In this document: in pieces, positions 38,701 to 49,500 of the stretch | Numbering within the stretch: the first letter of the stretch is position 1 | Layout: each line of letters opens with the position of its first letter | Assembly: GCA_030141605.1 (NCBI GenBank) | Contig: JAQGDQ010001272.1 | Location: forward strand, 1-50,515 | From: Tubiluchus corallicola | Taxonomy: Eukaryota > Animalia > Priapulida | DNA length: 50,515 nt | Direction: 5' to 3' | Made by a program: the position numbers and the translations under genes | Notes under the pieces: generated by a model | Told to the model about the DNA's origin: nothing | What the model saw: only the letters and a program-made list of their open reading frames with translations | Databases searched by the model: none

Positions 38701-41700
38701 CCTAGTGTCGAGATACAGTGTGGGCATCCCGCAAGCCTACGGCACCCAGTATTCCTAGGCGGTCACCCATCCAAATACTAACCAGGCTCTACGTTGCTTA
38801 ACTTCGGAGATCAGACGAGAACCGGAGTTTTCAACGTTTGGCCGTAGTCTCCGCTACATACTAGTATTTAGTACAGTCATTAGCTTAAATTATAGGTAAT
38901 TTAAGGAGTTGCGTTTTGTGAATTTTGTAAACATACCTGCGTAAAAATTCTTGATAGCCATCTCGTCTAATGCGTTGCGATGATATGACTTTAAAGTTAC
39001 GTAACATGTTACGTATCTCATCACTCAGTGCACCGTATAAACATCTTTCTCCATCAAATGTGTTGGCTTCACATTTGGCTCCTAAAGAAAATAAAAATAC
39101 GAAACAAAATAAACTGAAGACGAACATAAGCACTCAATTACGGATAAATATAAAAAAACACACAAAACAAATCAAAGTTAGTACATCCACCTACATTCTG
39201 CGACTCTAATACTCTCTCTACCTGGTATCATGGCAGGATAACAAAGCAATAGAAACATTCTCAGAAACACAAAAAATTATTATATGTACATACCTAGCAA
39301 TAATAATTTAAAAAAAATAAAAATCTTATGCCAGCAAATGAAGTAAAAAAGAAACCGTTCTTCTTTTATAACTAATTGTTTACTAAAGTTTCAAACAATA
39401 CAAATTCACTGCAATCAACAGCACCATTTTCTGACTCCTTAATTAAAGCACAAGACAACCCTCCACTTACATCAAGCTTAAAAAATTTGTCTCGAAATTT
39501 TGTACCTCTTACATACTACCTTTTCGTACGCATGGCTTGCGTCGGCCATAACGCTGTATAAAACTTGTAAATTTAAACTCACGCGATGACCGTTAGGCGC
39601 AGCCATTTTAATGGTAGGTCGTTTGAAACAAGTTTTGATAACATTAAGTAAATTTTGAAAAATAATCAGAGCATTCGTAGCATACATGTCGCTAATTAAG
39701 TAAAATTTTAAATTACTGTATCTTGCCAATAAGATTAAAAATACGTTTTTTGGCTAGTGAGTGGCGCACCCTGGAGGGTGAGCCAGCGACATTTTACCAA
39801 TTAGTGAAAACATTTTAAATTATTAGTCTAGTTACTGCGGCAGGTAAGTGAAATGCTAAGTAATACAGATTCGATTAGCACGGAAAGTTTTTTGTGTCAT
39901 AATTTAACATTGCCTTTTCTTCTCCTGATTTACGAGTTTTAGTGACGTCATGTAATGGCGCCGTCGGAACAGTATTGCGGGAGATTTAAAATGCAAACAA
40001 ACGAAAATTCCTTTCAAAGCGAATGCGATATATGCATCAAATTGCCTGTAAAGTAGTATAATTTTTACGATTTTTCTGAAACCCACTTCAGGTGCGTCTT
40101 TTCTTGTCCTTTAAACAAGCACTTGCAGCCGATTGCGTGTAACAGAGCCAGAAAGAACCGAAATTGAACGTATCTAAAAATAATGCTGGACTGGCAGAAA
40201 TAGCACTGTAGGTATGAAAAATGTTAGCTTAAAAATATTTAAACTTTTTTGCCATGGATTTCTGAAAATATATAAACAATGTGCTCAAACAAAAACTAAG
40301 CATTTTTCAAAAACAATGGCAAAGCCATGATTCTGCACTGCATCACATTATAACGCCTACACTTAGTCGCAAATAAATGGGCTTATCCATGACAGTTATA
40401 CACATAATCTAACCTTGCTCTAACAGATAGCTCACAACGTCGTAGTGGCCACACAGACATGCAAATAAAAGGGCTTATCCATGACAGTTATACACATAAT
40501 CTAACCTTGCTCTAACAGGTAGCTCACAACGTCGTAGTGGCCACACAGACAAGCAAATAAAAGGGCTTATCCATGACAGTTATACACATAATCTAACCTT
40601 GCTCTAACAGGTAGCTCACAACGTCGTAGTGGCCACACAGACAAGCAAATAAAAGGGCTTATCCATGACAGTTATACACATAATCTAACCTTGCTCTAAC
40701 AGATAGCTCACAACGTCGTAGTGGCCACACAGACAAGCATAATACAACGGTGTGCTGTCCCACGAATCCCGTATATTCAGGTCAACTTCCTTCTGCTCAA
40801 CCAGAAATCTGGAACATCCAGAAAAAAATATTCAATTACAAGGCGGTTAACAAGGCATAAATACGTAATAAAACGAAGGTCACGAAACGGCCTGAAAGAA
40901 CAGAAATGGAACAGACATTACTGTCTTTTTTCCTTATAAGGCAAAAACTCATAATCAAGCAAAGACTAAGACGGTTCAATGTTTTCAATCCCAAAACACC
41001 AGAAATTCCTCAACTTTGGATATAAAGAACAAAATTTAACAAAAAAAGATTTAAAAACAAAAAACTAATCAGAATAACTAAGTGCATGCTTAAAGGCAAA
41101 GTTGGACTACTGTCACTATGATGCAATAACACCACCTGGAAAGTAACCAATGCCATCTGTGTGACTATGATTCTGGCTCAGCTGTCATATTTTACGTACT
41201 AACAAAGAGATACTACCAGGTGCTGTAGGCTTGCGGGATGCCCACACTGTATCTCGACACTAGGCGGAGGAGCTGCACAAGCAGCCAACGGCTAGAGGGC
41301 ACAGGAGGTCAAGTGACTCAACGGCCATGTGTAGAGGAGTAAACCTTCCAAATCAGGAGTGGAGCCCCGAAGGCGGACCAGTGCAGCATGCTCACTGACT
41401 CCGTCAGCTCCTGCAGCCGACCTGGTGCCAAACGTGTCGCTCCGCTTTCCCTTGGACTACACCAGGGAGGAAGAGAGGGGGTTCCTGTAATCTGGGCAAC
41501 TCAGGATCTCCATACACCTTGCCCAGGTGTGCGCCTTGCCACAGGCGACGCTGCAGCTCCATCAATGTGATCAATAACTGACTCTCTTAGCGCACACTCC
41601 ATTGTCTTCCGAGACAGAAGTGGCAAGACAGTGGTGTTAGCTTAATCAAGTTATCTTAATTTTACATACTATTAATAAATAATAGTCTTTCTATCTTTTA

Positions 41701-42204
41701 TATCATCTCATATATGAGCTTCATTCATTACATCATTCCATTTTAAGCACAAATGTTTTTTTATCACACGATTCACTTTAAATTTTCAGATTATTTCCAT
41801 TACTTTTTTTTCTTTCACTGTGTGGGACAATCTAACAAGCCCTGCTTTTTGATTGCCCGCAACACATTTACCTTCGTGTATAAGTGAACAGTGTTTGAGG
41901 CTTTTCCTGTGCAGTATTTCTTATTTGTATTATGTTCATTGTAGGCCCTTTCACTAGATATTGTACATGAAACTAATGTAAATGTGTAATGTGAAATAAA
42001 TGACTTATGACTTAAAGTCAATGGCATAATAGCACAGAACTTTAGATAAAATGTTTGTGCTTAATTCAACAGTTAATGCAATATTTGCTGCTGGCCTTGT
42101 AAAAACACAGTGACTTGAATCACACATTGAAGACAATTAACCACCTACCGAACATGATCTAAGTCTCCTCTGCGACAACTCTGGAACAGTTCATGCTGAT
42201 CCAT
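26918..42204 (-). CDS. ABTB1: Ankyrin repeat and BTB/POZ domain-containing protein 1, complete spliced CDS (7 exons, 1437 nt, 478 aa)
   Basis: Exons 42149-42204, 40690-40808, 38937-39081, 37390-37493, 35570-35671, 30683-31487 and 26918-27023 join with compatible phases. Translation follows vertebrate ABTB1 from [14 protein letters not shown] through [30 protein letters not shown] and two BTB domains to [10 protein letters not shown]. Confidence 0.95.
27194..27699. mobile_element. hAT MITE
   Basis: TIR CAGGGATGAGAAT...ATTCTCATCCCTG; perfect 8-bp TSD GTATCGAG. Confidence 0.92.
27905..28930 (-). mobile_element. Non-LTR retrotransposon 3' fragment split by a hAT MITE
   Basis: Same family as 7720-8270; [16 protein letters not shown] lies on the far side of the MITE. 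Confidence 0.82.
28432..28837. mobile_element. hAT-Charlie-like MITE (copy 3)
   Basis: TIR CAGGGGTGT...ACACCCCTG; TSD atctaaat/atctagat. Confidence 0.9.
29363..29900 (+). mobile_element. LINE 3' fragment (copy 3 of the 6553 family)
   Basis: Near-identical to 6553-7100. Confidence 0.7.
30075..30551 (+). mobile_element. Gypsy RNase H remnant with possible LTR
   Basis: [33 protein letters not shown] matches the Ty3/Gypsy RNase H end; downstream AATAAA...TGTACA. Confidence 0.65.
30683..31487 (-). CDS. ABTB1: ABTB1 coding exon 6, second BTB domain and BACK-like region
   Basis: Lies in ORF 30670..31524; motifs [25 protein letters not shown] and [13 protein letters not shown]; tttag| acceptor and AG|gtatgt donor. 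Confidence 0.96.
31702..32315. mobile_element. Foldback-like MITE with modular subterminal repeats
   Basis: TTTTACATGTCAAATGTAGAC...GTCTACATTTGACTTGTAAAA; TCAAATGT repeats face inward; 102-bp duplication in the right arm. Confidence 0.7.
32690..33532. repeat. Compound (AAC)n minisatellite, about 70-80-bp unit, about 11 copies
   Basis: Core ACAAGAAAGATGACAACGATGACAGGACATGCAATATCGACA separated by variable AAC runs. Confidence 0.95.
34784..35466 (-). mobile_element. Non-autonomous Helitron
   Basis: Minus-strand 3' end has the hairpin CGCAAAA..TTTTGCG, then CTAG followed by T; 5' end ATATATAAG. Confidence 0.6.
35570..35671 (-). CDS. ABTB1: ABTB1 coding exon 5 ([33 protein letters not shown])
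   Basis: ttttcag| acceptor and G|gtatat donor; matches KW...HPL..P.AF..LLQYLYTG. Confidence 0.92.
35880..36440 (+). mobile_element. Non-LTR reverse transcriptase fragment
   Basis: [10 protein letters not shown]...YADD...KYLG motifs in ORF 35890..36471; truncated at both ends. Confidence 0.9.
36517..36896. repeat. 54-bp tandem repeat x7
   Basis: Unit CCATCCCTCTGCAAGGTAACAGCCAAGGAACCACCGGTATAGGTGGTATCATGA. Confidence 0.95.
37390..37493 (-). CDS. ABTB1: ABTB1 coding exon 4, start of first BTB domain ([34 protein letters not shown]), GC donor
   Basis: ttcatag| acceptor and G|gcaagt non-canonical donor; BTB motif D-V-x-F...HR-x-IL-x-x-RS-x-YF. Confidence 0.92.
37507..38057 (+). mobile_element. 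5S/RTE SINE, nearly full length
   Basis: 5S head missing about 12 nt; same body and (AAC)n tail as 10715-11253. Confidence 0.9.
38365..38849 (-). mobile_element. 5S/RTE SINE with internal deletions
   Basis: Full 5S head near 38735-38849; flanks tatatactagt/tacatactagt. Confidence 0.9.
38937..39081 (-). CDS. ABTB1: ABTB1 coding exon 3 ([18 protein letters not shown]...YQEFLR)
   Basis: Lies in ORF 38885..39133; tttag| acceptor and AG|gtatgt donor. Confidence 0.95.
39447..40110. mobile_element. Kolobok-type MITE (copy 1)
   Basis: TTAA|AGCACAAGA...TCTTGTCCT|TTAA; inverted homologue at 43665-44338. Confidence 0.8.
40369..40740. repeat. 92-bp tandem repeat x4 spanning the ABTB1 exon 2 donor
   Basis: GCTTATCC at 40381, 40473, 40565 and 40657. 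Confidence 0.95.
40690..40808 (-). CDS. ABTB1: ABTB1 coding exon 2, ankyrin repeat ([39 protein letters not shown])
   Basis: Acceptor ttccag| and donor G|gttaga; ankyrin motif TPLYYAC. Confidence 0.93.
41214..41620 (+). mobile_element. 5'-truncated 5S/RTE SINE
   Basis: Starts in the last 20 nt of the 5S head; same body. Confidence 0.88.
42149..42204 (-). CDS. ABTB1: ABTB1 coding exon 1 ([18 protein letters not shown])
   Basis: ATG at 42204 and donor CG|gtaggt; matches the ABTB1 N-terminus MDTSDLFASCRKGD. Confidence 0.9.
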
Positions 42205-43039
42205 TTCCAGGCCTATATTTGCTTACTTTGTCATCACCGTATAGTGTATATGTTAACGACATTGCTCTGCATTAGACAAGACCTAGTTTGCATTACAAAA
42301 TACAACACAGGACTAAAGTTTACAATTCCCCACACACAAGAAATTAGTTTGCGAAGCAGATTAAGATTACGGCTGGACGGGGTGGTAAGGATTAGGATTG
42401 GGCTAGGGTATTTAAGTTGTGAGGGCAGTTGTATACTCCTTCCCAACATAGACACAAGCAATATAAATCATGACAGATGCTAATTTGTCATTTTTATACA
42501 TAACTGCACAGGCCTATTCAAATTTAATAAGATAAGTTTAGCAATTTTATGCAAACTAATATATATGACAACAAAATTAATTAGCACAACACCTATGCTA
42601 TGTATTCTACAGTATAGATATTCGAATGCAGTCATAACAATCCAGGCATTGAAACTAATAAATGATGCTAATTGTTATTTTCACTATAATTATCCAGTTT
42701 GAATAATTTTCATAAGATTAGTTCCGCAATTTTATGCAAACTAATATGTATGACAACAAAAACAATTTTTATAGCACCAATACTTCTACTAGTACTAGAG
42801 CCAAAAAATTAAACACTTAGAATACCTACGCTACTTCTGTTTTCATCGCGTTTACTACTGTACATAAAGTGCTGTCACCTGTCGGCGGCGCTAAGAACCT
42901 GTTGCTGGGATGCAGTAATTTTGTTTACAAACTTTATAAACCACGTGCTGTGCGCTTTTTAGAATAATGTTATCATTTCAAGTCGGTTTAACGTTTGCTG
43001 TTTTTTTAATTGTAATATGATATTTCACGCGATGTATGG

Positions 43040-44470
43040 CATATTTATCTATCTATTTGGTATTAGCTCACTGTTCTAACAGTTTCCTATTGTGACCTCT
43101 CATATTCTTTGCAATCCTTGCCCTTTCATCAGGTATTAATAGATCTTCTTTGCTGGTTTTTTGTTTTGAATATTCCATGCCTTTTAATCCTGGGACTGAT
43201 TTGGTGGCTGTTCGCTGTTTTGCTTCAATAGCTTTGCAATGACATACAAGATGTAGTCTCCACACTACAGATGAGGTCTGTCTAAGGCCTTCTATATACT
43301 GTCCATGAATCTAAAAGTTTTGATGACGATCCCTAATTGTATTTTTGCAATTTTTACTTTTTCAAAAATATGTTTGCCAAAGGAAAGGTTTTATCCACAT
43401 ACACTCTTCTGGCCCAAATTCACACATCCTCTTTCCATCTGGTGTGTAGTATCTGTGTTTCTCGTTTTTGTTGCTGTTTATATGTAGTACATGACATTTT
43501 GATGGGTTGAATCTCATTTGAAACTGTTCACATCAGTTGTAGAGATGGAAAATGTCTTTTTGAAAAAATGTTTTAATCTTGCTCTGATTGCAAAATTCCA
43601 TTAAGTTTACTGTCATCCGCAAAGAAATGGATTAGACTACAAGGGATCTGAAAGATTTCATTAAAGGACAAGAAAAGGGGTACCTAAAATAGGTTTCAGA
43701 AAAATCGCCTTAAAAATTATATTACTTTATAGCAATTTTATGCGTATATCTTACTCGCACTGAAAGGAATTTTAGTTTGTTTTCATTTTAAATCTCCCGC
43801 AATACTGTTCCGATGTCGCCATTACATGACGTCATGTACCAAACGTAAATCAAGGGAAGAAAAGGAAATGTTAAATTATGTCTCAAAAGACGCTCCGTGC
43901 AAATCTATTTTACTTAGATTTTCGCTTACCTGCTAGAGAGATTTATGTAACTAGAAAAGCAATTGTTAATTATTTAAAATGTTTTCACCAATTGGTAAAT
44001 TGTCACTGACTCACCCTCCAGGGTGCACCACTCATTAACCAAAAAACGTATTTTTAATCTTATTGACAAGATGCAGTAAATTTAAATTTTATATAGTTAG
44101 TGACGTGTGCACTACGAATGCTCTGATTATTTTTTCAAAGTTTACACAATGTTATCTAAACTTGTTTCAAATGACCTGTCATGAAAATGGCTGCGTCTAA
44201 CGGTCATCGCGGGAGTTTAAATTTACATGTTTTATACAGCGTGACTGCCGATTGAAGTCCTGCACGGAAAAAGACAGTATGTAAGTGATATAAAATTTCA
44301 AAACGATTTTTTCTGTTTATGAAGGGTTTTCTTGTGCTTTAATGTAGATTAAGAATTAGTACTGTGTCCTAAACAACTCCACTGTTTACTGTCGACCATT
44401 CTGAATACTCATTATTGACTTTTACTTTCTGACTTCTGTACTTTAGGAAACTTCCCCTCTAATTGTTTAT
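43040..44470 (-). mobile_element. Degenerate CR1 LINE RT fragment split by the Kolobok MITE
   Basis: SFLKYRSQKVKVNNEYSEWSTVNSGV right of the MITE; FADDSKL and QRTATKSVPGLKGMEY left of it. Confidence 0.75.
43665..44338. mobile_element. Kolobok-type MITE (copy 2, opposite orientation)
   Basis: TTAA|AGGACAAGA...TCTTGTGCT|TTAA. Confidence 0.8.
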
Positions 44471-44529
44471 AAAATGTCAAAAATTTTAAGGGTTTCGGCG
44501 GCTCGTAATGAGATCAATAAGGTGTAAAA

Positions 44530-44791
44530 TGTTGAGGAACGGTGAAATCTCCCACTGTAGGCATGATATGCGATTATATATACACATAGGTATGACTATT
44601 GATTGAGTCTAATGTCTAATTGTTGCATTGATTATCCTCTGCTCTCGTGGCTATGCCGCTAGGTAATTGGCAATTGGCCCCTTGCACTGGGCCAATGATA
44701 TTGCTTCCCCTTTTCCTATATAAACACTTGCAGTGTTAGCTGGATTAGAAAGCCGATTCTCTCTGATTAAATTGTGGTGCGTCTCCTTACA
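44530..44791 (+). mobile_element. Possible solo LTR
   Basis: TGT...ACA ends with imperfect inverted similarity; TATATAAA followed by ATTAAA; no TSD. Confidence 0.35.
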
Positions 44792-45111
44792 CTTAGAAAA
44801 AATTTAGTCATTATCAACAGTCAAGTAATTTTTAATTTTAATTAAAATTCTGTAGCTATAGCTTTAAGTTAAATGCCAGTTGGGAATAAATAAATCGTTT
44901 TACTTGCACGCAAAATACTGGTGTGGGAATTCAAAATTATACGTTTTTTAATCAGTTAAGTTCCGCCATTATATACAGTTGGGCCCCCCTAATTTTTTTT
45001 GGTGCACGACGCCCCTGGACCCGCACATATACCCATTAAGATCATTAGCGAATGTGCAAAATCAGCCAGAGTTAAACCAATGGGTGAAATAATTTTAAGT
45101 ACCATATTATA

Positions 45112-45502
45112 TGTGAAAAATGTCTAAAGGTAAAATAGCTAAGACATCAGTATATTGCAGAACACAGGTGAGTTTATTTATACAAATCAGTTAGTCATAC
45201 AAATTATCCACAGCACATGTTGATTCTATGCTCTCTGACAGCCAACTGCCCAGGTAAGTTTTCTATGAAGCAAGGAAGCCAGCAATTCTATGAAGGGTAA
45301 ATGTTATGCATACTACATAGTTCAAGGATAAAAGTTTAGACTGTATATGAAGAAATAAACTTATTTTACAGCTGAAATTTCTTGTGTGGGATTTTTAATG
45401 TTTTAACCAGAGACTACAATAATATGACATAATGAACAAAAATAATGACATATGACATAATAATAAAAAATAATGACATATGACATCGTGAACTTCACGA
45501 CA
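45112..45502 (-). repeat. 3' LTR
   Basis: Shared part 45112-45429; extends to TGTCGTG at 45502, right after the purine-rich GGTCGGAG. Confidence 0.85.
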
Positions 45503-45635
45503 CTCCGACCAGGAAGTTGGAAATAACAAACTATTTGATACTTTAACCTTTTAAGTCATTTAACTTTTACAAGAAATAAATTTTGTTGCATTTCTTAATC
45601 ATTTTAAGAATAACATCTAACATCTTAAGTACGAG

Positions 45636-46512
45636 ATGGCGCCACCAACCAGTTTGGGCGCCGTGGATAAATACGAATCACACCATTGCAAAACGGAGTA
45701 TTTGGGCTATGTACAAAGAGGGTAAGTTTTTTAAATCTAATTTAATAGTGACATTAAATTTCAAAGTAATTTTGTATATAATTATCACGCTACATTCGTA
45801 ACAAGTTTCATTACACACAACTTAACTATAAACTTGATATTTCTCTATTGAGTTTCACTACAAATAACATTCAATCTCTAGATTATAAAATCATCATGAC
45901 GATTTGAGTACAAAGTATCAATTTAGGATACAAATTCGTAACAAAGGGCATCGATTTAGGATGCAAATTCGTAACAAAAGGCATCGATTTAGGATGCACA
46001 CGATTTACCAATCGTTAGATTTAAATTACAAGTGGATTGCTAACCGAGGACATGCATAAGTATTACTATTAGCAAGTATAATAAGCAATGACATCCAGCA
46101 TTGGTTACTCTTTGTGTTTATGATAAAGTTTGTACAGTATTTGCTTGGTTTGCCAGTAGGTTACACTGTACATGTTCTATCACACAATTTATCAATAACA
46201 TTTCTATCATTTTTTTTTCAGGTTTATAACAAAGAGCACGTTTTGTGCACAAGGTAAGTATAAGGTAACTCAGGTAAGTAATATTTTAACAACTTAATAA
46301 GCAGCTATTCAAACAGTGTTAACAATAACAGCAACAAGTTGTTATTCAAATGATGTTAACAACAATAGCAATACTAAACAATGCAAAATTTATTTACAAA
46401 ATCTTTAATGTTTCTGATTTTACAGGTAGATTTGATCAAGGTGGATCTTGGGTTTCAATAGAAACAATTCGATATAAGTGGAAAGTTTTCCGACATTTGC
46501 AGGATCCACGTG
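45636..46512 (+). CDS. Candidate spliced antisense ORF inside the BEL element (45636-45721, 46222-46253, 46426-46512 or on to 46763)
   Basis: gagATGG start, three GTAAGT donors and two pyrimidine-rich CAG acceptors; the exons join in an open frame. Confidence 0.35.
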
Positions 46513-49500
46513 GTAAGTTTGAATTAGAAATCAGGATTACATCATTATCGTTTGACGGAATAATTACAACATTTTCCATAGAGTTTGGCTTTCTAATTTG
46601 TGTATATGCATACTGTGTCAAAGATAGCCACATGATTTTAAATGGAAATTTAATTCCATACATGAAAACTTTTATGGCTCTAAACATGAATGCAATGAGA
46701 AATAAGAACCAATCCAGAAAGGAAAGGTCATTAATATTAATAACTTTACCAACAGCTTTATGACATGTGACAATGTCAGAAATAGGACACCCACTTTCAA
46801 AGAGTACTTCCCTTTTAGGGGGTATTTCTGACTGTATTTGGGACGTCTCTTCTGAAGCCAGTGTTGGAACTGAACTGGAAACAGGCGAAACATCTGGTCG
46901 TGTCGTCTGATAGTTATCAGTTACAGACACTGGACCCGTTTGATGTATCTCAGATTTGGAGCAACTTAATGTACTACTACTATTCAGTAATGAATCCGTT
47001 AATGTGCAATCAAGCTCAGGCTGAAGACAAAATAATGAGTTTTCTGAACAAATTATAGATTCATTGTTCGCCAAGGTGTCTGTTTTTTCAACTACCCCTG
47101 TAAGTATATAGCCTAAAAGGCTTGCATACAGGAAGAGGCCGGGTGACACTTCCTGTTTTTCTGCTCCTAGAATTTTGAGGTAGTTATCGCATCCAATTAA
47201 TAACTGCACATCACCTTCAAGGTTCCCATCAGGAAGAGAATCGGCAAGTAGGCCCTCCCATGGCTTAAGTTTTGAGTACACTTGGGCTGGAAGAGAGGGG
47301 CGATCTCTGAATTTTGCAATAAACGGGACTACTCGAACATCGATATTAATTCTAGTAGAATTATTTTTGCCAAACAATGCAACCTTTGCTTGATGACATC
47401 GCACAGGAACATACCCTTTACAAGCGAATGTAGAAACATTCACATAACTAGGATTTTCCAATTTCAGATTTAACTTTTTTGCTAATGACTCTGTAATGTA
47501 TGTGCCATTACTACCTGTATCCATCAAACCTCTAACTGTAATGCCTGATTTAGAATTATTAGAGACATCAGAGTGGCACATTCTCACTAAAACTGTCTGC
47601 ATAAGTACAGCTTCTGTTTCTGAATTAAACATGACAGTGTCACTGAGTAAATTTTGTTCTAATTTTGCCTCGACAATTCTGTTGTTTTCAACTTTGTCAC
47701 AAAGTGAAACATGATGTTTTTGGCCACACACAAAACATGTAAATTTGCAGTCAACCTCAGTGTGTTTACTAGAAAGACAGACTTTGCAACGTTTACGCTT
47801 TTCTACTACTTTCAGTTTTTCCACTATGGTAAATTTGTTGCAAAAGCCTGAAGAATGGTTTCGGTTGTCACAATATAGACAAGGCATTTTAATGCGGTTA
47901 TTCTGTGACCTCTTTGCCTTGTCCTTATTGTTACCATTACCAGTAACTCTTTCTGAACCTTTTGGTTTGTAACTTTTAGCATGTTTTGATTTTTCAGCTG
48001 CAAATGTAGTGAGAGATAACTCAGAGTTACAAGCCATGTCATCGTTGCCAACTGCATTGTATAGAGGGAATGTACTGTCGCCTGCTGTAAGTACACTTTC
48101 TTTAATCTGAACAGATGCTGGTCTGTGATTGTTTCTACTAATGGGTTTCTTTGAAATTTCTTTAAGGCTTTGAAGCCCACACTCATTAGTAGAAATCTCA
48201 AAGTTGTTAACATATCGATACATAGTATCTATTAATCTCTCTAATTGCCAATTAGAACCAGGAGTAGCATCTGGACAAAGGTTTCTAAGCTGAAAACCCA
48301 TAGTTATGGGAAGTTTCTTAAGAATGCCTGAGACAATGTAATGATCATCGACTGGACGACCTAACACTGTCAATGACCTTATAATGACCTCTATGTCATC
48401 AAGAAACCTTCGTAAATCTTTGGCATTGTTTTTGACGGGTTCAATGTCGTCAAGTTGTTTCAGATAATTTGTCACCATGTGATCAGTTCTGCCAAAGCGT
48501 TTCATCAAGTGACCAACAGCAGCAGGATAGTTATTGGCAGTTCTACGGTATGTCTTGATAATTCTATATGCATTCCCTTTCAAGCAGCCCAACAAGTAAT
48601 TGAACTTTTTACTATCCGTTAAATCGGGTCTTGAGTGTATTTCATCATTAAAAACACTCCAAAATTCTTCAAAATCATCATCACCCTCCCCCGAAAAGGA
48701 AGGCAATTTAAATTTTGGCAATCTAGTATACACAGTGCTTGCATGACTAATGTTCCAGGGATTTAGCTGTGATGTCATATTAGGCACAGCAGAAACAGGT
48801 GTGCTTGATACTACAGGTAATCTAGTATACACAGTGCTTGCATGACTGACGTTCACCGCATTTAGCTGTGATGTTATATTAGGCACAGCAGAAACAGGTG
48901 TGCTTGATACTACAGGTACAGGTTCACTGACCTTCAAGTGACAGGTTTCTAATGACCTAATTCTGGCTTCAATCTTAGAACTAAGTTCAGACAAATTTCT
49001 GTTCAATGTAGTTTGTGAAGCAAGAAATTCTTTAACTTCATCCAAATGGGAACTATCGTCTGAACTACAATAAATATATGATAGCTTGTCATACAACTCT
49101 GTGAGCTTTTCAGTCGAAAATCTCAAATCAGCAATTGCAGCATTACATCTGTCAACAAAGTTTTGATAATTAGTAATACATTCGTCAAATTCTAAGTCTA
49201 ACAATGTAGTACATGTGAAAAACACCTCACCATAGTGCTGTGAGTTTATTTTCAGGTTCTGGATCAGTATCTTCACCTCCAGCTGGTGTCCATGCAATGG
49301 ATCTTTGTCTGGAACCATCTTCGGAATTGCTCCACTTGCAGCTGTTGGGGTGGGTCCATGTGCTGGGGTAGCTGGAATATATAGTTGCTGCTCATAGTCT
49401 GGTTCCTCGTCGTCTGAGTCCTTAGAACCATGGTCCATAATGGTCACTCCTTGCTTTGATGAGTCCTTGTTTGGTTGTATTGGCTGGAATAATTGTCCAG

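Noticed and set aside
40369-40740. CRISPR-like array or extra coding exons
   Set aside because: Units are contiguous copies without unique spacers; the extra copies lack an AG acceptor in front of the duplicated coding part.
46436-47100. Env gene in the BEL element
   Set aside because: No separate ORF, signal peptide or large ectodomain; only a short hydrophobic segment fused to Gag-protease.
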